Of a stretch of 64,000 bases of DNA, positions 24,001 through 36,000 are shown piece by piece. Position 1 is the stretch's first letter, and each line of letters starts with the position of its first letter. This DNA comes from Anolis carolinensis. Its lineage: Eukaryota. Position numbers and translations under genes: made by a program. Location of the stretch: positions 188,310,107 to 188,374,106 of the forward strand of contig NC_085844.1 of assembly GCF_035594765.1 (NCBI RefSeq). Direction: 5' to 3'. The notes under the pieces were generated by a model that worked only from the letters and a program-made list of their open reading frames with translations, did no database searches and was not told where the DNA came from.

Positions 24001-27000
24001 TCACAGTTACTATATCGACATAAAAAAACCAGAGGACATTTTTATTACTGCCATTTCCTGCAAATATCTATTAAAGAACTAGCCAAGCCATGTATTTTCC
24101 AAGGTGCTTCTAAAACAGTGGTTCTCAACCTGGGGTCCCCAGATGTTTTTGGTCTACAACTTCCAGAAATCTCAGCTGGTTTACCAGCTGTTAGGATTTC
24201 TGGGAGTTGAAGGCCAAATACATCTGGGGACCCCAAGTTGAGAACTACTGTTCTAAAACAACAATCCAGTCTAATTGCTTACCTAACCTTTGGAGCCCAA
24301 GGCAAACCTTTGGGGCAAGTCAGCCTGTCAGTAGGAGGATGTTGGACTGGAGGGGGCATCACTTCATCTCTTTCAAGAGGAAATGTCTCCCCTTCAAGAC
24401 TATTATCATCATCATTCTCTTCTTCCTCTTCACGTGAGTCATCAGCTTTGTATGGATCTCTCTCATTGAAGGCATCTAGGTTATCTTGTTTAATAAGAGC
24501 CTGGAAGGACAAATAAGCAGTGAAAGGGAGCTGAGATTTCCTGCTTCTTAGCGAGGGGTTGGACTGGATGGCCCATGAGGTCTCTTCCAACTCTACTATT
24601 CTATGATTCTATGATTCTTTCTTGTCAAGCACAAATCTTCCAAAATATGAGTGAAGGATACTTAGAAATTAGAAGAACAGGCTCAGTGAATCAAAGATCC
24701 AATATTATTTCAAGAAAGAAATGCACTTCTGATTTCCACCTTGACAAATGAGTATTCTAGCAGAACGTGAGCTTTGAGTTACAAGCTCAAAGCTCTTCAT
24801 CCTAATATAGTTTCCAAAGTTGCTAAGTCACTACTGTAAAATGGAAATCTTGGAAAATCTCATCAAGCTAATGAACAAGATAGAATTTAAACTAGATAGC
24901 TAGGCTTCAGTTGGTCATATACAGCATTCCTTAAGGATAACCTTCAGTTCAGCTTGTTTTTTTGGAGTCATTTCCTCAGCATCAGGATACACAAATAACA
25001 GAGATGTAAGCAATCTTTGGGTTAGAACTTGCCTAGCCGTTTTTGGTCCCCTTTCAAGAACGGATTTTTTTCTCCAAGACCTTCCTTTGTTCTCAAACTC
25101 ACCTTGTGTTCTCTCCGCCCCCGTTTCTGCTGCTGTTCTATCAGATCAGAAGCAGAGGCTGGAGGAGAGGCAGCTCGCATGTTGCGAATTACTTTTATGC
25201 TGTCCTCAGGAAGTGGAGGGAGACCTAGCATCTCCCGTTTCTCTGCCTTCATATCTTGAAGTTCCTCAAATCCTCCAAGAGTACACTACACAAGAAGAGA
25301 AAGCCAGATTAGTCCCTTACATTAACCCTTTGATAATTCAAAGTGAAAAATTGATTGGCTACTGATTTTTTAAAGTACAGTATCAGGAATGGAAAATTAG
25401 CTGCTGTCACAAATATACCCAAGATTCCTAAGAGAATCATTTCTGAATGTAGGATGGCACAGTGCAAGCAAAGAATTCTCACATTTTAAGAATGGTTCAG
25501 TGTTGCTATTATGCCCCGTTTTCATGATTAACATTTTAAAAATAATGAAGTATACTTATGAAACTTAGAAGATCGTATTTGTAGTAGTGAAATTCTCTTA
25601 ACATGCCCTGCTTTTAAAACATGCTCAGAGATGTTTACATGAGGCTTTCAGCTAATTTCATATCTAGGAAGTGATAAGATTAGCTTGAACTAAGTGACAT
25701 TTTCTCTCAAGGTGTGCAGTGAGCTGATTTATGATACTGTACTCTTGATTTCATTACCAAACCACTAGAGAAATGTCAAAGCAACTTATATGGTTGGGAT
25801 GTTTGGCAAAAAGGCAAGTACGCCACATTGTGCTGAACAAAAAGGGAATCATTCAAAGAACTGGAGATACTTTTGGAGTCTTTTGGCTACATGATCTCTG
25901 ATGTTTAATTAAGTTGATATACCATAGTCATTATCTTAAAATGGCCAATTAGTAACCTCATAGCATCCATTTTTTACAGCACTGTCGGAAAATCATGTTT
26001 TGGAAACTTCATGCAGAAATACATTAAAAAAATACACTGACCAGAATAAGCCCAACAAATTACAAAGCAGGCATTCTTAATTTTTATTGGTATATACTTA
26101 TTCATGTATAATAGCCTCTTACCAGAACAGTTTTCCACAGGAGAAGCAACACCTTCTTCATAGGGAAGTGAGGGGCATGGCCACTGCAGAATTTCGTCAC
26201 CATTCCAAAGAGCATCACAGAAAATGGTTCACTGTTATACAGAGGTGCCCCTGAAAGGCAATTTATTGGTAACAGCCATGTTATATGCAGAGATATATTC
26301 CCTGCAGTAGTGAATTCACTTGTTTTCAAACTATCTGCCATTATGCTGTGTACAACTATGACTTTCTCTTCTCCCACACCTTTACAATTTTTACCTCAGA
26401 TAGGGGCTAACCTCATATTTACGACTGTAATGAAGTGTGAATTTTTGGTTTACAGATGTCATGTTTAGTTACTCTGCACTCAAGAGTTGGTTGCCATGGA
26501 GAAGTGGGCGGAGCCAACTAGCGTTTCGATGGAGAAGTGCAGGTTTAAAAAAGAAGCAGTTAGTCTGTGCCCTGATGAGGTACAGTGAAGACTGATCCTT
26601 GTTGAAGGGATCAGAGAGACTCAAATGCTTATTTTTGAGTCAGTTTAAAATAGGTTTGGTGACTTATTTTAAGGTAGTCTGTTTCCTGATAAGGAACAGA
26701 TAATGTGTGATTGTAATTCACAGGGTGACTGCAGTTTAGAGCAGCAGAGAAAGAAGTGACATTTTAAGGAATTTGAAACACCTCATTCTAGCTTTGCAAC
26801 TGTTAATCAAAGTGCCTCTAAAGAGAAAGTTACTGTAACCATGACATTTTGTGCCTGAATAAACATGTTATTGTTCTTTTAAACATCTCAGCTTCTGTCA
26901 CATATATATTACCATCAAGAGTAAACAAGAAGAAGGAAGAAAAACAAAATTTAAAAGGTCTCCTCTCTGAGTAGCTAGTGTCTACATCAGGGGTCCCCAA

Positions 27001-30000
27001 ACTTTTTAAGCAGAGGGCCGGTCCACAATCCTTCAGACTGTTGAAGGGCCAAATTATCATTTGAAAAAAAAAAAACCTGAACAAATTCCTATGCATACTG
27101 CACATGTCTTATTTGTAGTGCAAAAACAACAACGAAAGAACAATACAATATTTAAAAATGAAAACAATTTTAATCAACATAAACCTATTAGGATTTCAAT
27201 GGAAAGTGTGGGCCTGCTACTGGCCAATGAGATAGTCAAGTTAATTAGGATTGTTGTTGTTGTGTGACTTCAAGTCATGTCAGACTTTGGCCGAGCCTAA
27301 GTCTAAAATTAATTATTTATTTACTACATTTATATCTCACCCTTCTCAGAGCAGCTGTATGTACATACAATATATTATATTATTAGCATAACATAATATT
27401 AGCATTATATATTACTACAGTAGAGTCTCACTTATCCAACATAAAAGGGTCGGCAGAATGATGGATAAGTGAATATGTTGGATAATAAGGAAGCATTAAG
27501 GAAAAGCCTATTGAACATCAAATTAGGTTAAGATTTTACAAATTATGCACCAAAACATCATGTTCTACAACAAATTTGACAGAAAAAGTAGTTCATTACG
27601 CAGTAATGCTATGTAGTAATTACTGTATTTACGAATTTAGCACCAAAATATCACGATGTATTGAAAACATGGACTACAAAAATGCGTTGGATAATCCAGA
27701 ACGTTGGATTAGCGAGTTTTGGATAAGTGAGACTCTACTGTATATTGAACTATATATACTATTATATAATATGTAATATATAACATATAATTAATATTAT
27801 TGTATGATATTACTATTAGTATTATATTGTATAACATAAGATTATTATCAATATTATATGTATATACAATATATTATATTATTAAAACTGATATAAAAAT
27901 ATTATATTATAAAACTGAGGGCGGGGGCCAGGTAAATGACCTTGGAGGGCCGCATCTGGCCCCCGGGCCTTAGTTTGGGGACCCCTGGTCTACATCTTGC
28001 CATAGTGGTGGCAAGCATTGATAATCTGGTGGCCGCATTATAAACATCTTTACATTTGGTGGCAGCGTTTAAATAAAAACATCCTTATAATTTGGAGGCA
28101 GCGGTTATATAATAATAATATATAATATAAATATATAACATAATATATAATAATTAATAAAAACCACATCTCCACAACGATGGTTGTATGCAATTAGATC
28201 AAAGGCAGAACACTTCTTTTCCAAGCTGACTGATATTTATTTAGTCATAGGAGTTATCAAGCAGCTCCTAGATGGGCAACAAAAGAACACATACCTAGTT
28301 CTGCTCTGAAAGTCTGCCTCATTGTCTTCCATTCAGGCTTGTCTCCTTCACATTCCTGACGGACAGTTTCTACAATAAGGTACATAATATTCAGCAGCAC
28401 CCTGCAAATTAATTGGAAAAAAAACTATATAATTCAGCTTATTCAAAACTATTCTACAGAGATGCAAGTAAAATAAGCCATCCATTTAAGTATATAAATA
28501 GGGACTGAAGAAAATAACAGAAAAGAAAAAAAATCTGCTCAGTATATTTCAACTATCTTCCTCAGAGGTGGGAAAATGTTATGCATGGAGGAACAACAAA
28601 ACATATTTCATTGATAAAGGGTCAACAATTTCCTCCTATTCATAGTCCATTATTTCCAAAACCAACTGGGTTTTTTTAGACACTTGCAATTCTTCAGAAA
28701 AAAATGCACTCAGAACTCTGTCAATTAAAGATTGGATACAAGCATCTGTTTTGGAGAACTGGCCATTTTTCAGCTTCATTAATTCAGCTACAGTTGAGAT
28801 AACAGTTGTGTCCATGATCCACCAAGATACACATCAGTGTTTGCTACTTTATATTCAGTTTGTTTGACTTACTGATCTCTCTGACTGCCTCAATCAAGGA
28901 AATTTAAGACACAACACTACACCACAAGAAATCTACAAAGCTGAATGCTGTAAAAATCTGCTGATAGCAGAAAATACATGAAATGCAAAAGCTGTAGGGG
29001 AAAGAAAAGGCATCTTTGCAAACGTGACTGTTTCATAAGGAAATTTTACCTCATCAGCAACGTATTTTCTCACCTCAAGTCTGTGCTATCAGCTAAGGAG
29101 ATGGCAGGCTTCCTCACTGCACTGCTACAGGCAGCACTATTACTGGACAAAAAGAAGTAGAAAATATTGCTGAAATGTAACAATGTCAAACCAAAGAGAA
29201 CTACACTTCATAAGCTTGCTCAGAGAGCATTCCTTGTGTAAAGTAGTAGGTAGGTGACATCTCCAAAAGAAGAATGAAATCCTATCAATTGAATATCTTT
29301 ATGTCTTCAATAGGCATAAACAGACTAAATTGATATGTTTGTGGGAAAAAATACCGGGTTTCTTCAACTGTAAGACACCATCAATTGTAAGACACACCCT
29401 AATTTCACCACCACCAACAAAAATGTTTAACATACACCTAAGACACACCCCATTTTTTAGATAAGTTTATATAGGAAAAAGTACACCTTCTAACTGAAGA
29501 AATACAGTAGTCTGTTTCCTTGATGAAAGGCTGGGACATTCTATGCAAGAAATGAAATAAGAAAATCCTATCATCCAAGTATGAGGGTACAGAGGATAAA
29601 GGCCACTAACCCAAGGTTGACTGGATAACTGAGTGCACTTCTTCTATTACAGGGTAAAAATAGAAAAGACTCTTTCTTACCATATTATTAAAAATGTAAT
29701 ACTGATCTACTCTGAGCTACACAAAATCCTCCCAGAATGGCTGATCCTACTGCCAATTTTTAAATGAAATACACCAGGAGGACAACCAGTATAACTTAGA
29801 ATGAAAAGATTACATGAATACGTGTTTATTTGTAAGAAATCATTCCATTCTGTCACATTTTGCCTATGGTTCATCTTTCACCATTTAGCACTTATCATTG
29901 CAAGTTAAACATCAAGAATCAAAGGGTAAAATAAGGATCAAAATAATGGGATAGGGAAGTACTAGTTTGAGCAGATTGTTTGAGCCCAAGACAATTAATT

Positions 30001-33000
30001 TTTGTATTAGTCAAAGTTTGGCTCCTAGCTAATAAATTCACCAAAGTCATCCACATAAGTTATAAATTCTAAATAACTTGATTTTTCTTTAATTGGAAAA
30101 AGTTTAAAAATCTAAGTTACATATTTAATACGCAGATGAAAAGTATTAGCTGCAACACCTACTGACCTTTTTTGCAATGTAAAGAAAATATAATATTCTA
30201 TGAAATCAGATGAATGCTGGACAGACAACAAAATTAATCAAGCATCTGACTCGTATATTGTTATTACTTGTGAAAGACAATCAAACATCAGACTCATTAA
30301 ACGACCTGTTCAGAAATATATATTGTGGTGGGCCAGATAATAATGGAGCAGAATAGCTACATTCTTCCCAAAGGCCCGATTCTGCATTGACAATGAACTC
30401 ACTCTATTTCCATGTTCAAAAGTTCCACCAAAGCATTGAAAGTGCCAACTTCAAGCAAAAGAAATATGTTGTATCTCATCCAGGACTGAACTTCAGCTTC
30501 AGAGCTGCACTCATCAAATGTACCTACAATAACAAATACATATTACATTGCAAATTACAGAAATCACAGTGATCCCCATTTATTTTACAGATAAAATATG
30601 CTATTGTTCCAACCAGAACCAAGACATTTTGCCCAGGAAAAAGGGTATAAGATTTTCGAAGCTCAATAGATGATGACATCAGAATTTGAAAACAGCTGAC
30701 TAGAATTCCAGTCTCTCCAGGAATCCAGTCTTCAGAATTATATTGACTTACCACAGGATTGTAACACAAGGTTGATACAGGATTTTATATTTAAAGCCTG
30801 AGAATATGTGATCATACTAATAGTAAATATTTCCCACATGAACAGATATATCTGATACTCTTGTTACCCGACAATTTTACTACATAAAAAAAGATTGTGG
30901 TTTAGATTCAATTGCTAGTCCCAAATACAATCAAGGTAAGACAACTCTAACATAAATTCCATTCAATGCATTCTTCTCTAGTAAACTAGCATCTAGATTT
31001 AGAGAAATTCTAGTGACTAAAATAATATGAATTACAGTACTATTATGTTATCTAGTTATGATAACACTGTCCAACAATATTTTGGTGCTTCAAATGTTAG
31101 TCCTTTTTTGGTATATTTGACCTGCTGATTCCAAAAACAGTACCAGCTTTCCCCTTTAGTTTTTGAGTTACAAAACATATGCCATATACCAGTCTTTTAT
31201 CTGTTCACCCATAAAAATCATGATAATCATATCTAAGAAACTATAGCAGATGTGGTCTATCCAATGCAATTTTCTGAATCAGCACCCCAAATAATTCCAG
31301 GAACAGGCCTAAAAACCAAGACACGAAGAAATGTTATTGTTGTTGCTGGGCTGTGTAATCTATGTATGAACCATAGGCTGTGTAATCTATGTGCAAACCA
31401 TAGACACACTTAGTGACAACTGTATTTAATGTTCTTGCTTAGAAACACAGTTCAGGTTTATTCAAGAAAAAAGATGAATGATATATTCTATTTCATTACC
31501 AATTTCAGTCCCAAACAATTAAGAATAAAGATTCAATCATTTAACTGTCATGTTCAAGGGATAAAATATAATAGAGTAGGTATCATTGAATTAGTTCAGC
31601 TTTGTTAGCTTTAATGGCAGCTTCATGTTGCAGAGGGGAAGAGTTTTTAATTCCTGTCTTTTTAAAGAGATTTCAAGGAAGCATGTTAAATTACCATGTT
31701 GAAAAAAAATTCTACAAAGGCATTAAACAGACATTTGTTGACATTTCCTAACTGAGCACTTCCTACAAAAGTAACAAAAATGTACCTTGTGCGACATAAA
31801 GGATGGCTCGAGCCACCCTGAGCCTCTTCTCCCGCGCAGTGACCTCAAGGCCATCCAGAAGTCTCATAGCATGAGTACGGTGCTGGTTGGTGTCCAATTC
31901 TATCCATTTTTTATCAAGCACTGCAAAAGCAAACAGTTTGATGTGATGCTGCTTTCTGAAGAAAGGGATGGCATTATAAGACTGTCTAGTTTTTTACAGC
32001 ACAAAGCCAGTGAAGAGAAATCCATATGTTAGAAATATTGGAGCACCCAAACTTCCTGAATATATTCTATTGCGACCATACATTGATTTTTGTACCTTGC
32101 ATTTGGTGTATGTATTTTAAAATGGTGTATTTTTATCTGTGTATTTTACTGCATGTATTTTATGTTCATGTTTTGACTTTGTTGTACCCCAACTTGAGAC
32201 GTTAAGGGAGGCAAGTAAAAATTAATTTTATTATTGTTGCTGTTGTTGTGTTGCTGTTGTTGATATTATTTATGGGTAAGACCCACAATTTCTTTGCAAT
32301 ATGAATATATGAAGATAGTATCATAACACCAATCTGGTAACTGTTTCCATTCACAGTCTTTGCACGGTTAAATAACATGAACAAGGTGCAAGAACTGCCA
32401 AAAATACCCATAAAACCATGGGAAGGAGAGATGGGGAAATAGCAGGAAGTCCAGTTCTGGTTTCGAGTTTTTTCCTTAATGCTAAACAGTGCAGAGCAAT
32501 ACTGCAGACATTTAAAAAAAGGAATTTCCAATCCTAAAGACCTTTCTTCCTTTCAATAATCTTCCAAAAAATGAAGTTTTCACCTTTCCTTCAAAAGTTT
32601 TTGGTTCATAAATCAAATTAAAGCAGTCCATGATAATTTGGTGAAATTAAACTAGTCGAAGAAGAAAAAAACCATGTGATATTGAAACACCTAATATTTT
32701 GCTATTTAATTCCATTCCAAATAGAAAAAAATCTGACTACACTTTAGAACTGACACAGACCAGCCTCACAGTTTCATAGAAGAGAGATGACACATCATTC
32801 TTACCATGGAGCCTAAAATCCTCTTCAAAGCATTTTCTGTTGAGCTGGAATTCAGGCCCTTCGGTGTAACTATATAATTCTGTCCAGACAGAATAGTGAT
32901 TACCAGATGTTATATCGCTTAGAGCACAATTTAAAGAAGACAATGATTTGCTTAAACATCAACCTCATGCTTGGAGATAGTTTTGTAATTTAACAAATAC

Positions 33001-36000
33001 ATAGGCACAAGACAGCTTTTTAGATACAGAGACGCCAATCTGGATCCAACCTATTACACTAACTAAATTTGCAAAAACAACAGCATTTAACAAAAATGGA
33101 AACTATAATATAATGTTCAACAAGTGCCTTTTCCATTTTACAAAGATTTATGTATATACTTTCCTTATACAACATTCCTCAGAAAAATAAGAGAACAAAT
33201 ATAGAGCACAGGAGTGCCAATTTCAACAGTATCATTCTCCAAATATTTAATTTTTCTGAAATCTTAGTATCTATTACAAAGATTAATGAAGTGTTTCAGA
33301 AGAAAGTAAGAACAGCAACAACTTTAAGCCGGCTTCAATTTTACCTGACAGTTCAGCAGCCCATTTGTCTGTATCTGCATATTCAAATTCAAAGTCTGGT
33401 GATTCTGAGAAACCCTACAAAAAGTAAATTAAATTTGAGAGAAGGCAATGTAAATAAAAAAACACCCCTTTACAGGTAGAATCCTGCTGACTAAGGCAGG
33501 TTCAATATTAAACATTGCTTAACTTTCCACCCACAGCTTCATAGTTACCATGGTAACCTGTTCACTCTGAAATCTCCCACTCCCTCAAGCCTGCTTTGCC
33601 ACATTATGCAAGTGTCAATCTCCAGTCATTCTGAAAGTCACTGAATACATTTACACTGTAGATTTTTACGCAGTCTGAAGCCACTTAACCTGCCATTGGC
33701 TCTATGCTTTGGAATTATGGGACTTGTAGTTTGGTGAGGTACCGGCCCTCTTCGGCAGAGAAGGCTAAATACCTTCTAAACTACAACTCCCATGATTTCC
33801 ATAGCACTGAGCCAAGGCAGTTAAAGTGGTGTTTAACTGCACTAATTCTACAGTGCATATGCACCCTTAGACTGTCTACTTGGAAGTAAGGTACATCAAG
33901 TTCCAGGTCTATGCTCCTGAGTTAGATGAGAATGGGAGCAAAAGCTCCCATGAAGGAGGGGTAGATAGTTCAATCTCTTTCTCTCCCTCTCTTTATTCAT
34001 CTATCTATATACATACACATAGAGCATCCCCCCAAAAATGTATACACTCTTGCAATTGTGGAATTTTTCTTGGCATTTTTGTAATAAAAAGAATATACAC
34101 CTGTAACAGGATTAAAGATTTCACATGTAGAGAAGTGTCATAAAATTATAAAAGTCTGAATGAGGTTTGCAGCTCTGTGCTTTAACAATGGCAGCAGTGG
34201 GTGCATGGCTGGACAGACGAATTGCAATTTAAGATTAAATTCGTAATTCTAATTACATCTTTATTTGCATTTATTCCTCAATATTTACCTGTATGTGTAT
34301 ATGTGCCTTAAAATGGTCAATTGACTTATGGAGATAACATTAATTTTGCAAGTTTTGTTAGATGACGGAAAATCAATGGTGGGTTTGCCAGTTTCTTCTT
34401 CTGAAGCATAGTCTTCAGCACCTACTATTTTTTGGCGGTCTCCCACCCAGATACTAACCAGGAGTGCAACTGTACTATAAAATGAATGCAGTTTAACTCT
34501 ACGCTCTGCTACAGCATCATGTGAGCTGCAGTTTGACAAAGTCTTTAGCCTTCTCTTCAAAGAGCACTGGCACCTCACCAAATTATAAATTCCATAATCC
34601 CGTAATATTGAGCCAGGACAGTTGAAGTGGTGTCAAACTGCATGAATTCTACAGTCCAGATGCACTCATGGCTACTTTTCCAAGCCAAGATTTAAAGTTA
34701 AATGTTAAATCAGCGAGAATGAATGTACGCACCATCATCTCTTCAAACAAGGTTAACAGTGTTACGTGTGGCTGAACTAATAGCTGCAAGCTGAGTACAC
34801 TATGCAACACAATTTTTGTTCCTGGTTTATTATTTATTTATTTACCATATTTGTACCCTACCTTTCTCAACCCCAAGGGGGACTCAGAGGCGGCCTCACA
34901 TATCGACAATTATTCAATGCCATAAAAACATACAATTGGTAAATATATACATTAAAAACCAGAGAATTAAAACATCTAAAAACAGTTATATCAACTATTA
35001 AAATCTCATAATCCAAAGTTGTAATCCGGGGCCATTCCAATTGTCATTGCACAGATTCTATGTTCATTTATTTCAATGAAGCTTGTTTCCATAGTCATGT
35101 TTTAACTTTCTTTCTGAAGGCTAGAAGAGAAGGCGCTGATGGAATATCACTGGGGAGGGAGTTCCATAGCTGAGGGGCCACACTGAGAAGGCCCTGTCTC
35201 TCATCCACATAAACCGTGCCTGCAAAGGAGGTGGAACCGAGAGCAGGGCCTCCCCAGAAGATCTTAGCTGTAATGACAGGAAGGCTAACTTTTATTGAGT
35301 CATGTTAACCTTACCATCTGTCTTGTTGAGTAGCTTGCAAAAATTGTATTAGAGATGAATGTTTTAAAATATGTATACTTACCTCTGATTGTAAAATTGT
35401 TTTATAGTTTGTGTTTTATATATGTACATAGTTTTATATTGACTTTTACACAATGTTGTGAGCCGCTTTGGGTCCCGTTTTAGGGAGAAAAGTGGGATAT
35501 AAATAAAGATTTATTATAATATTATTATTATTATTATTATCTTAATCTCCGTGATGGTTCATAGCGTGGTTCATACATTCGGACTGGTAAGCTGGGCTGG
35601 AACCATTTAGGGCTTTATAGGCTAAAGCCAGAAATTTGAATTGTGCTCAGTAGCAGACTGGCAGCCAGTGGAGCTGGCAGCCGTAACAGGGGAGTTGTAT
35701 AAATGTTATTTCCTAATGGATTCTATCATAAAAACATGGAAAAAGTTTATTAAATTACAAAAAAAACCCTCTCCTTCTGGAGAGAAAAAGCGAGATATAA
35801 GCAAACATCATAAGAATAACTTTGTTTTTGCGGAACATCATGCAGCACATTTTGCTATAGTTTTTCAATGAATATCTAATGGGAATCTCAATCAATTCAA
35901 CATAGTTTGTGGCAGTCACAAAAACAAAGTTTCTGGGGTATTACAACTCTGTTTTTTTCGTGTCAGGAGCGACTTGAGAAACTGCAAGTCGCTTCTGGTG